From an uncultured Bacteroidota bacterium (lineage in GTDB: Bacteria > Bacteroidota > Ignavibacteria > UBA10030 > UBA6906): a stretch of DNA of 64,000 nucleotides. Under the pieces are notes generated by a model. That model was not told where the DNA came from, did no database searches, and worked only from the letters and a program-made list of their open reading frames with translations. Below are positions 49,735 to 60,910 of this stretch, piece by piece (the first letter of the stretch is position 1; the number at the start of each line of letters is the position of its first letter). Both the position numbers and the translations under genes were made by a program. Where the stretch lies: positions 1-64,000 of the forward strand of contig CAVOYH010000006.1 of NCBI GenBank assembly GCA_963700635.1, written 5' to 3'.

Positions 49735-52497
49735 ATGCGCCGTCATCCTCTCGCCGTTTTGCTCTGTCTGATTCTGACTTCAACTACTGTTCTCTCTGCC
49801 GTCGGCAAGAAGCCTCTGAGCCACGATGTGTACGACGGCTGGAAGAAGATCACCGGAGAAACGATCTCCCATAATGGCAACTGGGTGCTGTATGTCATCG
49901 AGCCCCAGGAGGGTGACGCGGCTCTCGTGCTCCACAATCTCCGCACTCATGTACGCGATACCGTGCAACGCGGAACCAGCCCCCGAATCTCATTCGATTC
50001 CCGGTTCGCCGCATTCTTGATCAAGCCGACTTTCGCTGAAGTCAAGGAGGCAAAAAAGGCCAAGAAAAAACCCGACGAGATGCCGAAGGATACCCTTGCG
50101 CTTCTTGAACTCGGCGCCGATTCCCTGATCCGTATTCCCCGCGTGAAGTCCTTTACGTTCCCCGAAAAGGGAGCTGACTGGATCGCCTACCAATTGGAAA
50201 AAGACCGGGCCAAAGCTGACTCGGCAAAAAAGGAGACAATCCTGGTTGTCCGCCGGCTCACCGACGGCCGGGAGCACAGGTTCCCCGCTGTCACGGAATT
50301 TTCTTTCAGCAAGCCCGGCAATGGAGTCGTGTTCTCCTCGGCAGGAGACAGTGTCTCCGTACCGGGAGTCTTTCTGTTTTCGACACCGTCGTCTACGGTT
50401 GATACCCTCACTCTTGGGAAAGGCACGTATACACAGCTCACCTTCGACGATAACGGCGGACAAATCGCTTTCCTTGCCGACCGCGACACCGCCAAGGGGA
50501 AACAGCGCTATTTTTCACTCCACTACTGGCGCCCCGGGAGCGACTCTGCGACGGTTGTGGCGGATACGTCAACGCCGGGTCTGCCGGAACGGTGGCTTGT
50601 CAGCGAACACAAAACTCCACATTTTTCCAAAAGGGGCACACGACTTTTTTTTGGAACCGCGCCGGTTCCCATGCCCGAGGATACAACACTCACTGACGAG
50701 GAAACCGCCAAACTCGACGTCTGGAATTGGCAGGATGAGTTTATTCAAACGCATCAACTGAAGAGTCTCGAGCAGGAACAGAAACGGTCCTATCTCGCAG
50801 TCCTCGACGTCTCCACCCGGCAATTTATCCAACTCGGAACGCCGGACGTTCCGTCAGTCACCGCAGGCAACGAAGGCGACGCCGACTTCGCCCTCGGGCT
50901 TTCCAATGTTCCCTACCGGAAACTTGTCTCGTGGGAAGACACGCCGTTTTACGATGTGTACCTCATTGACCTTCGTGATGGTGCGCAGTCCGGGGCGCTC
51001 CAGAAGGTGAAAGGGACACCTGCCCTCTCACCTGATGCCCGGTACATCATCTGGTATGAGATGGAGAGGAAACAATGGTCCACGATTTCCACATCATCCC
51101 GGACAAAAGCGGTCATCACTCGGAATATCAAAGTCCCCCTCTTTAATGAGCTCTCGGACGTTCCCGACGATCCCGGGTCGTACGGTATCGCTTCCTGGAC
51201 AGCCAATGATTCCACGGTGCTGCTCTACGACCGGTTCGATATCTGGTCTGCCGACCCCGCGGGAAAGAATCCGGCAGTGTGCCTTACCGCCGGACGGGGG
51301 CGGGCGACCACAACGAGTTATCGGTATCTGCGTTTGGATCCCGACGAGCGATTCCTCACACCCGGCGCCCTTCTGCTCCTGAAGATGTTTAACAGTACCA
51401 CAAAGGACGCGGGATATGCGCGTATGGCGCTCGCGGGTGTTCAGCATCCGGTGGAACTTCTCGGCGGCGCTTTTGATCTGACCACACCCAGAAAGGCAAA
51501 ACACGACAGCACTTTTGTCTTTCAGAAGGGCTCGTACGCTCATTCACCTGACCTCTATGCGGCCGGTGCAGACTTCCGCGCTCCGGTACGGCTGAGCGAT
51601 GCTAATCCCCAGCAGCAGGACTATCTCTGGGGAACGGTCGAACTGGTCCACTGGAAAACGGCCGACGGGACGTCACTTGCCGGACTGCTGTACAAACCGG
51701 CCGAGTTTGATCCGAAGAAGAGATACCCGATGATTGTGTACTATTATGAACGGATGTCAGATTTGTTGCATCGGTATTTTGCTCCGCAACCCAGCGCATC
51801 CACCATCAACCCCACATATTGTGCGAGCAACGGTTATCTGGTCTTTATGCCCGACATACGCTACAAGGTCGGGTATCCCGGGCAGAGCGCCTTGGACTGT
51901 ATCGTCCCGGGGGTAAAAAAACTGATAGCGGCCGGGTTTGTGGATCCCGCGCGGATCGGGTTGCAGGGGCAGAGCTGGGGAGGGTATCAAACAGCCTTTC
52001 TCATAACGCGGACAGGGATGTTCCGCGCCGCGATGGCAGGTGCGCCCGTTTCGAATATGACCTCGGCGTACGGCGGGATCCGATGGGAAAGCGGTCTGAG
52101 CCGGATGTTCCAGTACGAACGAAATCAGAGCCGGATCGGCGGCACGCTCTGGGAAAAGCGCGATCTCTATATTGAGAATTCTCCTTTGTTCGCCGCTGAC
52201 CGTGTAACCACACCGTTGCTTATCATGCACAATGACGCCGATGGAGCGGTCCCCTGGTATCAGGGAATCGAGCTGTTCACCGCGCTCCGCCGCCTCAACA
52301 AACCAGTCTGGATGCTGACCTATACAAACGAGGCCCACAATCTGGTCCAGCGAAAGAACCGCAAGGATCTATCCATCCGCCTGATGCAGTTCTTTGATCA
52401 CTACCTGAAAGACGCCCCGGCCCCGGTCTGGATGAGCAAAGGTATCCCCGCGCTCCACAAGGGGAAAACGCTGGGCCTTGAACTGGATACACCATAG
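49735..52497 (+). CDS. Secreted S9 (prolyl oligopeptidase-family) peptidase
   Basis: Signal peptide from ATG 49735; propeller region; catalytic triad in GQSWGGY (Ser), DGAVP (Asp) and EAHN (His). Confidence 0.92.
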   Translation: MRRHPLAVLLCLILTSTTVLSAVGKKPLSHDVYDGWKKITGETISHNGNWVLYVIEPQEGDAALVLHNLRTHVRDTVQRGTSPRISFDSRFAAFLIKPTFAEVKEAKKAKKKPDEMPKDTLALLELGADSLIRIPRVKSFTFPEKGADWIAYQLEKDRAKADSAKKETILVVRRLTDGREHRFPAVTEFSFSKPGNGVVFSSAGDSVSVPGVFLFSTPSSTVDTLTLGKGTYTQLTFDDNGGQIAFLADRDTAKGKQRYFSLHYWRPGSDSATVVADTSTPGLPERWLVSEHKTPHFSKRGTRLFFGTAPVPMPEDTTLTDEETAKLDVWNWQDEFIQTHQLKSLEQEQKRSYLAVLDVSTRQFIQLGTPDVPSVTAGNEGDADFALGLSNVPYRKLVSWEDTPFYDVYLIDLRDGAQSGALQKVKGTPALSPDARYIIWYEMERKQWSTISTSSRTKAVITRNIKVPLFNELSDVPDDPGSYGIASWTANDSTVLLYDRFDIWSADPAGKNPAVCLTAGRGRATTTSYRYLRLDPDERFLTPGALLLLKMFNSTTKDAGYARMALAGVQHPVELLGGAFDLTTPRKAKHDSTFVFQKGSYAHSPDLYAAGADFRAPVRLSDANPQQQDYLWGTVELVHWKTADGTSLAGLLYKPAEFDPKKRYPMIVYYYERMSDLLHRYFAPQPSASTINPTYCASNGYLVFMPDIRYKVGYPGQSALDCIVPGVKKLIAAGFVDPARIGLQGQSWGGYQTAFLITRTGMFRAAMAGAPVSNMTSAYGGIRWESGLSRMFQYERNQSRIGGTLWEKRDLYIENSPLFAADRVTTPLLIMHNDADGAVPWYQGIELFTALRRLNKPVWMLTYTNEAHNLVQRKNRKDLSIRLMQFFDHYLKDAPAPVWMSKGIPALHKGKTLGLELDTP

Positions 52498-52512
52498 ACT
52501 GAGAACGATGAG

Positions 52513-54972
52513 ATGAGGAAGATCACAATGCTGCGTTTTGCCCACACGGTGTGCTTGCTGCTCCTGTTCGGGAGTCTGTACGTGCTTGTATCAACACCCG
52601 GTTCCGCGCAGACCTACCCCACGGCGCGATGGTATTATGAGCCGCAGTTCGAGCCACCGGAACACCAGGTGGATATGCTGCACATGCGTCTGGAAGTTCA
52701 GTTTGAGCCGCATGAGGGACTTGTCCGCGGAACCGTGACACACCGGTTTACAGCACTCCGGAAAGAGGTGGACTCGCTCTTCCTCAACGGACCCCGGATT
52801 CGGGTCCGTGCCGCGTCCTACAACGGAAAGCCAGCCCGTTTTTCGACGACACCGGAGGGTATCATCGTGCACCTCTCTCCTCCGGCCCGATGGGACAATA
52901 CGGACAGTGTGACGCTGCAGTACGAAGCCAACCCGCGGCGCGGTCTCTACTTCGTCGGCTGGCATGACACTTCCGGCGAAAGCCGTAAACAGATCTGGTC
53001 TCAGGGACAGGGCATTGACAACAGGCACTGGATCCCCTGCCAGGATGACCAGAACGACAAGCTCACAACGGAGACCATCATCACATTCGATTCCCGGTTC
53101 CGGGTTCTTTCCAATGGGAGTCTGTTGAGCGAAACGCCACATCCCGACGGGACCACAACCTGGCATTACGGTCTCTCCCACCCGCATTCCGTCTATCTGG
53201 TGATGCTGGGAATCGGACACTATGCGGTAGAGGAACGCCGGAGCAAGAGCGGTGTCCCCCTCCATCTCTGGTACTATCCGGAGTATCCTGATCGCGTGGA
53301 ACCGACGTATCGATATTCCGCGGAGGCAATCGATTTTATGGAACAGGAAACCGGAGTGGCCTATCCATGGGAATCATACGCACAAATTCCGGTTCAGGAT
53401 TTTCTTTACGGCGGGATGGAGAATACCACCGCGACTGTCTTTGGCGACTTTTTTCTGATTGACCGGCGGGCTTTTCTGGACCGCAACTACATCAGTGTCA
53501 ATGTGCACGAATTGGCCCATCAGTGGTTCGGCAATTCTCTGACGGGGCGCGCCGGCAGGAACTCATGGCTGCACGAAAGTTTTGCTTCATTCTACCCCAA
53601 GCTCTTCTTCCGTCACATCAACGGGGAGGATGCCTACGAATGGGTGCGTAAGAAGGAACATGAGGAGGCACTTGCTGCTTCAGGACGCAACCGTCTCCCT
53701 ATCCTGCATTCCCAATCCGGTAGAGAACGGGTCTATGCAAAGGGTTCGGCCGTGCTGGATATGATGCGCTTCACCTATGGAGAAGAAGCCGTCCGGAGGG
53801 TTTTCACCCACTACCTGAAAAAACACGCGTACGGACTCGTGGAAAGTAATGACCTGTACCAGGCCTTTCAGGACGTACTCGGCATTTCCCCCTGGTCGTT
53901 CTTTGAACAATGGATCTATCGCGGCGGTGAACCGCACTATGTGGTGTCCTATGAAAATATTTCGCGGGGCGGAGCCCGGTTCACGGACATCACCGTCCGC
54001 CAGGAACACCCTCGTGATGAAATGGTGGGCCTGTTCCGGATGCCCATCGTGTTCGCCGTCTATTACGCCGATGGGGACATGGAGAGCACAAGAGTGTTGA
54101 TTGAACGCGAGACCCAGACCGTTACCATTCCCAATCCCGGGAACAGGCAGATTTCGTTTGTGCTGTTTGACCCCGGTAACTGGATTCTCAAGACCGTTTC
54201 GTTCCCCAGGAGTCTTGCAGAGCTGGAGGCCCAGGCGTTCCGGGCCCCGCATATGATAGACAGGTATGATGCGGTGGTTGCAATGCGGGATCTCGCCCCG
54301 GGCAGAAAACGGACGATGCTCACCCGGCTGTATCAACAGGAACCATTCTACGCGGTGCGCGCAGAGGTTGTCTCACAGCTCGCAAAAGATATCCACCAGG
54401 AGAGCCGTTCACTTGTGCAGATGGCACTCCACGACCGGGCCGCAGAAGTCCGGCTTGCCCTCCTCAACTCCGTCACAACGATTCCACCCGCAGAGCGTGG
54501 TCTCTTTGAACGGTTGCTCACGGATTCTTCCTATGAGGTGGTGGCCGGCGCGCTCCGGAAGCTTGTTGAGCAATTCCCCGGGGAATCCGAACGGTACTTC
54601 ACGCTGACAGCCGGGGTCCGCGGCGTGGGGAACCAGATTCGCATCCTCTGGCACGAACTCCGGGCCGGACTGGGAAACAACTCCTCCCGTGATTCACTTG
54701 AGTACCTGGCCACACCTGCATTCGAATTCCGGACCCGGGCATCTACATTCGAATCTCTCCGCAGGTTGAACCATCTGAACACGAATGTTGTCTTTTCACT
54801 CTGCGACGCGATGACCCACCCAAACGGAAGGTTACGTGGTCCCGCAACGGATGTGGCCCGGTCGTTCATGGCTCAATCGGCCTGCCGCAGTCTTTTTCTC
54901 CGGGAACTGGAATCCGGGAACTGGACCGGTTGGCAGCGGGACATACTCCGGGAAGTCATCGGGACTCAATAG
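52513..54972 (+). CDS. Secreted M1-family aminopeptidase with C-terminal HEAT-like repeats
   Basis: GGMEN, HELAHQWFG-x-WLHESFA zinc motif and Y.KG. Confidence 0.92.
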   Translation: MRKITMLRFAHTVCLLLLFGSLYVLVSTPGSAQTYPTARWYYEPQFEPPEHQVDMLHMRLEVQFEPHEGLVRGTVTHRFTALRKEVDSLFLNGPRIRVRAASYNGKPARFSTTPEGIIVHLSPPARWDNTDSVTLQYEANPRRGLYFVGWHDTSGESRKQIWSQGQGIDNRHWIPCQDDQNDKLTTETIITFDSRFRVLSNGSLLSETPHPDGTTTWHYGLSHPHSVYLVMLGIGHYAVEERRSKSGVPLHLWYYPEYPDRVEPTYRYSAEAIDFMEQETGVAYPWESYAQIPVQDFLYGGMENTTATVFGDFFLIDRRAFLDRNYISVNVHELAHQWFGNSLTGRAGRNSWLHESFASFYPKLFFRHINGEDAYEWVRKKEHEEALAASGRNRLPILHSQSGRERVYAKGSAVLDMMRFTYGEEAVRRVFTHYLKKHAYGLVESNDLYQAFQDVLGISPWSFFEQWIYRGGEPHYVVSYENISRGGARFTDITVRQEHPRDEMVGLFRMPIVFAVYYADGDMESTRVLIERETQTVTIPNPGNRQISFVLFDPGNWILKTVSFPRSLAELEAQAFRAPHMIDRYDAVVAMRDLAPGRKRTMLTRLYQQEPFYAVRAEVVSQLAKDIHQESRSLVQMALHDRAAEVRLALLNSVTTIPPAERGLFERLLTDSSYEVVAGALRKLVEQFPGESERYFTLTAGVRGVGNQIRILWHELRAGLGNNSSRDSLEYLATPAFEFRTRASTFESLRRLNHLNTNVVFSLCDAMTHPNGRLRGPATDVARSFMAQSACRSLFLRELESGNWTGWQRDILREVIGTQ

Positions 54973-55062
54973 ATACCATTCCCCACGGGAGTCCATATCA
55001 TGAGTACACCTGTCAAAGGCGGAATCATCCTCGAAATATTGTTCAGCAGGAAGGACTGACCG

Positions 55063-55809
55063 GTGGGTTCCCTGGTGGTCACGGTGTATTTCTGGAGCAC
55101 CATGCTGATTACGTCTCTGTTGCTCCTGCCGGTCGCCCTGATCATCAGGATCGCCAGCGCTCCGTTCGACCGCCGGCTGACGCTGCTGCACCGTTTTACT
55201 TCATTCTGGGGTTCCCTGTATACATGGGTGAACCCTTTCTGGAGTGTGTCGATAGAAGGAACGGAGCATCTGTCTCACGAGAAGCCCCGGGTCATGGTCG
55301 CGAACCATCAGTCCTTTGCAGACATCCTTCTGCTCTTCCGTCTCCGGGCACACTACAAATGGGTTTCCAAGGCCGAGAACTTCAGAGTGCCCCTCATCGG
55401 CTGGAACATGTCGCTGAACCGCTACATCAAGATCGAGCGGGGATCGGTCCGCGGCAACCGGAAAATGATGCGCGATTGTGAGAAGGCACTGCATGAGGGA
55501 AATTCGGTGATGATCTTTCCGGAAGGCACCCGGTCGGAGGATGGCCGGATGCGACCGTTTAAGGAGGGAGCCTTCGAACTGGCAATCCGCACGCAATCAG
55601 CCATCCTTCCCATTCTGATAGCCGGAACGGCGCAGGCGCTCCCCAAGCGGGGTATGCTCCTCCGGGGAAAGTGCGAGATGCGGCTCCACATCCTCCCCGA
55701 GATCCTCCCTGAGACCTATCTGGGAAAAAACGCCCGCCAGCTCAGCCAGGAGGTGAACGCAATGATGGCCATGACGCAAGCGACCGGGGTGATCTCAGCC
55801 CGGGGGTAA
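55063..55809 (+). CDS. plsC: 1-acyl-sn-glycerol-3-phosphate acyltransferase (PlsC family)
   Basis: NHQS..D, FPEGTRS and FK.GAF motifs. Confidence 0.88.
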   Translation: MGSLVVTVYFWSTMLITSLLLLPVALIIRIASAPFDRRLTLLHRFTSFWGSLYTWVNPFWSVSIEGTEHLSHEKPRVMVANHQSFADILLLFRLRAHYKWVSKAENFRVPLIGWNMSLNRYIKIERGSVRGNRKMMRDCEKALHEGNSVMIFPEGTRSEDGRMRPFKEGAFELAIRTQSAILPILIAGTAQALPKRGMLLRGKCEMRLHILPEILPETYLGKNARQLSQEVNAMMAMTQATGVISARG

Positions 55810-55813
55810 GCCA

Positions 55814-58800
55814 TCACTCTCCGTTAAGCGCAACATCCAGCCTCAACACATCCACCGCGTGATACCCCTTCTCCGCGACACTGTCTCCTTTGAATATGGC
55901 CCATGAAGGGAGAGACTGGTACCGTTTTGTCATGTGGTAGAGCTGGAGCGCACTATTGCCGATAAAAATGTAGACCGATCGTTTCGGATTGTACGGGTTC
56001 GGGAAGGCAACAAATAACCCCTCATCCGCTCCGGTGTACGTTTTTCCATCCCACACAAACATATTCTTGCCGCACGAAATCCCCAGCGCAGACATCATCT
56101 GTTCCAACACCCTGTTGTCAGCCGGGCCACCGAGGATGACCAGATCGTGCGAAGTAATCTCCCGGGGCGTCAACTCCGCGTCCTGCCTGAGAGGCAGCAG
56201 GTATTCCACAAACTGATTTGCCAGAACAGTCTGGAAGTTCAGCGCCAGCGTGTGATTTGCCTCGATCTGGCGTGACGACCCGTACACAATCAGTGTCTGG
56301 CTGTAGTCATCAAAAAGATTTGAGAACGTGACGGAGGCCGGCCGGCGTACAGGGATGTCGTTTCCGGCGTTAAAGATTACACGAACCGGCTTGTTCTTGA
56401 CATCGACACTCACCTGTTCGTCATTACGCTGTACTGCTATCTGCTTCCATTCAATGTCGGTCTCTGACTCAACGGCAATGGTTGAACGGAACGGATACGG
56501 GAAACCATCCTGATGTACCGCGAGGGTAAGGCGCCATTGATCTCCCGCAGGGACTGCGCTCGCACTCACGGAGACTGCGGGGAGATCATCACGCTCGAGC
56601 CAGGGCAGAAGGTGTTCCCGGATTGAAGATCCTGCAATCTGCTCGGCAACGGCAATAAACTCTCCTGTCTTCATGGGTTTCTCCCGGAACCGGTCATGAA
56701 CTCCGTTCATGACCTTCAGGAAGATTTCGTTCCCCAGAAGCAACCGCAGCTGATGTAACGCGTACGTTCCGCGGATACGCGGGACAATATAGTGCCCGTA
56801 CCGGTCGTATACCCTTTTCGCGTCTTGCGGCGCCATGGGGCCTTCCCTGTCGACGGTGTACAACAATCGACAGTTCATCTCCGCCAGCTGGTCGCGCAGA
56901 TGCAGGGCCGCGGCGGAAACATCCCGGGGCAGGGCATTCATCATGTGCCAGTAGGCCGCAGTCCCGCTCACGAACCAGTTGTCCGATTCGGATGCCGGAA
57001 ACACGGTATTCATCCAGAGGTCCTTCTTTTCCACGGTGTAGACGGGTTGGACCCCCGCCATCCGCTGCTCGCGCTTCACAGGGGTGGGGGCCGCGGTGCG
57101 CTTCCCTTTGAGCTGCTCGGCAACATAGACGGGGTTGATCACTGCATACCCAAGCGTCAGGTGCGGAATAGCACCGGGCAGATCCGGCATCAGCCGGCTG
57201 TACTTTTCGATCATCTTCTCGCGCAGTGTGACTTTCCCGTAGTGTGCGAGGAACATCATCCGGGACGCCATTTCGGATGTGGTAATCTTCCCGTCGCATG
57301 CGTGCGGCCGGTTGATGGGAGAGGTCGCCATGACATTCACCGCGCTGATCCCGTCGATGGCGCCCTTTTCCCGCTGGTAGTACTGGAAAAACGCAAGGTC
57401 CCGATTCACATTTCCATACACCACATCAAAGGGAGCATTGGAGGGGTCGGAAACATACTCTTTCCGTACCTCTGGATCTTTGGCGTTGTTCACACTCCAG
57501 TAGAAGCCGGTCGTTCCGCCGGGAAAATCGTTCTTTGAACTCCGCCAGAGTTTGTGTTTCGCGGTTCCCAGAAGAAGAATTGCGGTTTCGTTTGTCTTGG
57601 TGTCGCCAATCAGCCAGTCGTTGGTGTACAATCCGTTGTTATCGGTCGTAAGAATACGAACGGCATCGTCGATGCTGGAGGCATATTGCGCGGCCTTGCG
57701 GATCCGGGAGGATTGAGGCTCCCCCTTGATATTAAACGGCGTCTGCATCACGGTTGTTTCCCCTATCATCAAGCCCGAGCTATTGATGTAGAAGTCGGCC
57801 CCCGAGTGAATTCCGCCCGGAAATGTCTGATAGACGAGACGGTGTCCCTGTTCAGGAACGACGTCACAGATAACGTCCCAGTGTACTCCGGTATAGCCGC
57901 TCCACATAAACAGCTGGCCGAACACAATCTTGCCATCGCGTGTCGCCGGACCGTTTGCGAGAAACGACGAGCATTTGTGCAGGCGTTCAGCGGTCTGCGC
58001 CTCCTCTTCTTCTTTTCTGAAACTCCGCCCGCTGAGCGCGTGCGGGGTTTCGGTCAGCGCCCCTCCAAGCTGACCGATATCCACAACGGAGTTGACCGTC
58101 ACGATATCCCTGAAGTCGATCGGACGGCCGTTGAAGGTTGCTCCCGCCTTTGCCGCACCGTCGGCGATTCCCTGCATCTCCTCCAGATATTCCCTGTCGT
58201 ACTGCCTGAGCATTAACACATCGGCCAGTGTGCGGAGATCGTTCCATCCTGCGCGCGGATTATCACCGTTCTGGCGGACCGCGAGTTTGTCCATATACGA
58301 CACGATTTCATCGGCAAGCAGCGAGCCGTACTGGTACCCGCGCTCATACGGCTTCCCCTCGATGTGTACGACAATCCACCCTTTGTCCTCATATCGGAAT
58401 GCGGGTCCGAACCATTTCACCGTTTCCAGAGGAATGTACTCTCCGATATCCTGCACCTCTTCCAGCTGGACATCGTCGAACCACGCGCTTCCTGTTGCGG
58501 TGCCATTCAGACCAAGGTGCAGGCGCACACGGTCTTCACGCTGTGTGGCGAAAAAAAGGACTTCCGTCTTCCGCCATTCCTGTGTACCTCCGGTGGCGGG
58601 CGCATGATTGGTGAAGGGAAACGATCCCATCGTAACAGCCGCCGCCACGGCAGTGGGATATCGTGACGTAGGATCTGCTGCGGCCTCTTCGGTGCGCACC
58701 CGGGCGGACAGGCGGTACAGTTTCCCTACGGTCAGGCGGACGGGCGATGATTCCAGGGTGGAGGAGGAGGCTCTTTCGTGGACCAGCCGGATGCTTGCCC

Positions 58801-59026
58801 TGCCGGAATGACTCACCGCCGGGTCCACGCCTGCGTGCGCGGTTCCCTTCGATTCTGCCCGGATGTGCGACCAGCCTGCAGGCATACCGCCGGGGCTGAC
58901 ATCTTCAAAACCGCTGTTGGGGATGGTTACCGTGAGAATCTGTGCCTGTGCGGTGAAACACGCCATGATCACCAGAATCCCAACACCAATTCTGCATCCC
59001 GTTCCACGTTGGAAGATCATACTCAT
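55814..59026 (-). CDS. Secreted multidomain protein: CBM4/9-like module, C45/phospholipase-B-type Ntn hydrolase, and M1-like helical C-terminal region
   Basis: Signal peptide; NSGFE...WFDDVQLEE carbohydrate-binding-like module; IEG.PYERGYQYG, EEMQGIADG and nucleophile CSSF; then RGTYALHQLR..LG.E.F. Confidence 0.75.
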   Translation of the reverse strand: MSMIFQRGTGCRIGVGILVIMACFTAQAQILTVTIPNSGFEDVSPGGMPAGWSHIRAESKGTAHAGVDPAVSHSGRASIRLVHERASSSTLESSPVRLTVGKLYRLSARVRTEEAAADPTSRYPTAVAAAVTMGSFPFTNHAPATGGTQEWRKTEVLFFATQREDRVRLHLGLNGTATGSAWFDDVQLEEVQDIGEYIPLETVKWFGPAFRYEDKGWIVVHIEGKPYERGYQYGSLLADEIVSYMDKLAVRQNGDNPRAGWNDLRTLADVLMLRQYDREYLEEMQGIADGAAKAGATFNGRPIDFRDIVTVNSVVDIGQLGGALTETPHALSGRSFRKEEEEAQTAERLHKCSSFLANGPATRDGKIVFGQLFMWSGYTGVHWDVICDVVPEQGHRLVYQTFPGGIHSGADFYINSSGLMIGETTVMQTPFNIKGEPQSSRIRKAAQYASSIDDAVRILTTDNNGLYTNDWLIGDTKTNETAILLLGTAKHKLWRSSKNDFPGGTTGFYWSVNNAKDPEVRKEYVSDPSNAPFDVVYGNVNRDLAFFQYYQREKGAIDGISAVNVMATSPINRPHACDGKITTSEMASRMMFLAHYGKVTLREKMIEKYSRLMPDLPGAIPHLTLGYAVINPVYVAEQLKGKRTAAPTPVKREQRMAGVQPVYTVEKKDLWMNTVFPASESDNWFVSGTAAYWHMMNALPRDVSAAALHLRDQLAEMNCRLLYTVDREGPMAPQDAKRVYDRYGHYIVPRIRGTYALHQLRLLLGNEIFLKVMNGVHDRFREKPMKTGEFIAVAEQIAGSSIREHLLPWLERDDLPAVSVSASAVPAGDQWRLTLAVHQDGFPYPFRSTIAVESETDIEWKQIAVQRNDEQVSVDVKNKPVRVIFNAGNDIPVRRPASVTFSNLFDDYSQTLIVYGSSRQIEANHTLALNFQTVLANQFVEYLLPLRQDAELTPREITSHDLVILGGPADNRVLEQMMSALGISCGKNMFVWDGKTYTGADEGLFVAFPNPYNPKRSVYIFIGNSALQLYHMTKRYQSLPSWAIFKGDSVAEKGYHAVDVLRLDVALNGE

Positions 59027-59080
59027 TCCCTTCATTGTAGATTCATACTCGAACACGTTTTCCAACAACCGCTCTCCTGA

Positions 59081-60844
59081 TCACTCCGCGCTCTCTGGAG
59101 TCAGGTCTTTCTGCGAGAGGCTTGTCCAGATGAACGCCCCTGCGGCAAGTCCGATGCCGATAAATGTAAACCCTTCTCCCGTGACACCCAGGATCAGCTT
59201 TCCGATGCCAAAGAGCATTCCGTAGACAAGCACAATACCAGCAAGCCAGTTGAGGAAGAGCCTGGCATATCCTGAATCGCCCTTTACATCGGGAAGCCGG
59301 GCCGCGACCTTCCGCCATCCGATCCCCCCCGGATGGACACGCCGGTAAAAAGCATGTAACGTCTTTTCGGGCACCGGTGCGGTGGCGAACGTAGCCAGGA
59401 GCCACACCACTGTTGTGATTCCCACGATGACGAAAAGGGTATCCGGGAATTGGATCGAGGTAGAGACCGTGAGAATGCCGAGCACCACGATCGGAGTTAA
59501 CATGGCGACAATTTCACTCCATGCATTCACCCGCCACCAGTACCACCGCAAAATAAGGACCAGCCCGAGTCCGGCCCCGGCCTCAATGATAAACGACCAC
59601 GCTCCCGAGATGGTCTGCAGAAACCCCGTGACGACGAGCGAAAGTGCCATGATTGCGAGGGTGGTCAGCCGCGAGGTACGGACCAGATGGCGTTCATCAG
59701 CATCGGGACGGATAAACCGTTTATACAGATCGTTGATGATGTAGGAAGTGCCCCAGTTGAGCTGGGTGGCGATGGTGGACATATAGGCCGCGAAGAATGA
59801 AGCAACAAGAAGCCCTTTCAGGCCCATCGGCAGGTAATCCCTCATGGCATACACAAAACCCATCCTCTTCTCATCGGGGCCGAGATCCGGGTACAGGATA
59901 AGTGACGCGAGTCCGACGATAATCCAGGGCCAGGGGCGGACGCAATAATGGGCTATTGTGAACCAGAGTGTCGCGAAGAGTGAGTGTTTTTCATCTTTGG
60001 CGGACATCATCCGTTGGGCGACATATCCTCCGCCGCCCGGCTCGGCCCCCGGATACCAGGAGGCCCACCATTGTACTGCGACGTACGCCAGGAATGCCAT
60101 CACACTGAGCGCCAGCGTGCTCCCCACTTCCCCCATCGTACTCTGCTCGCCGATCACCGGAACAAACTGCGTTGTCCACGATGGTAGTTTCTCCCGAAGA
60201 CCCGCCATCCCGCCGATTTCGGGAAGATTCAGCACGACGATTGCAAGCACGATACACCCCACCATGGCCAGGACAAACTGAATCACGTCCGTCACGGCAA
60301 CACCCCAGAGTCCTGACATCGCCGAATAGACCGCAGTGAAGAGCAGTGCGAGGCCAACATAGATCATTACCTGCTCCCTGGGGATCCCGAACATCCCTTC
60401 CAGGATCGCTGCCATGGCGAGGTTCACCCAGGCCATGATGATACAGTTCATAAAGATGCCCAGATAGACCGAGCGAAATCCGCGCAGGAACGCTGCGGGT
60501 TTGCCGGCGTATCGCAGTTCAACAAACTCCACATCGGTCAGGATGCCCGCCCGGCGCCAGAGCCGGGCGAAGAAGAAGACGGTGAGCATGCCGCCGAACA
60601 GAAAATTCCACCAGAGCCAGTTCCCTGCAATTCCGTTTTTGGCCACGAGCTCCGTGACCGCGAGCGGCGTGTCGGCGGCAAAGGTCGTCGCCACCATCGA
60701 CGTCCCCGCCAGCCACCACGGAAGATTCCGGCCCGAAAGAAAAAACTCCTGCGTATTTTTCCCGGCACGCCGGGAGTAAAGAATTCCAATGATGCCGCTG
60801 CCGACAAAATACAGGGCGACGATGACCCAGTCCAGGGTGTGCAT
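59081..60844 (-). CDS. Sodium:solute symporter (SSS family)
   Basis: FFLSGRNLPWW, ATTFAADTPL, TDVIQF, QRMMSAKDE and AAYMST. Confidence 0.92.
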   Translation of the reverse strand: MHTLDWVIVALYFVGSGIIGILYSRRAGKNTQEFFLSGRNLPWWLAGTSMVATTFAADTPLAVTELVAKNGIAGNWLWWNFLFGGMLTVFFFARLWRRAGILTDVEFVELRYAGKPAAFLRGFRSVYLGIFMNCIIMAWVNLAMAAILEGMFGIPREQVMIYVGLALLFTAVYSAMSGLWGVAVTDVIQFVLAMVGCIVLAIVVLNLPEIGGMAGLREKLPSWTTQFVPVIGEQSTMGEVGSTLALSVMAFLAYVAVQWWASWYPGAEPGGGGYVAQRMMSAKDEKHSLFATLWFTIAHYCVRPWPWIIVGLASLILYPDLGPDEKRMGFVYAMRDYLPMGLKGLLVASFFAAYMSTIATQLNWGTSYIINDLYKRFIRPDADERHLVRTSRLTTLAIMALSLVVTGFLQTISGAWSFIIEAGAGLGLVLILRWYWWRVNAWSEIVAMLTPIVVLGILTVSTSIQFPDTLFVIVGITTVVWLLATFATAPVPEKTLHAFYRRVHPGGIGWRKVAARLPDVKGDSGYARLFLNWLAGIVLVYGMLFGIGKLILGVTGEGFTFIGIGLAAGAFIWTSLSQKDLTPESAE

Positions 60845-60910
60845 GGTGACCTTTCGCTTCAGCGGGAAGGAGTGTTCCGGAAGAGCCGGACAATGACCGA
60901 ATGTTCTACC

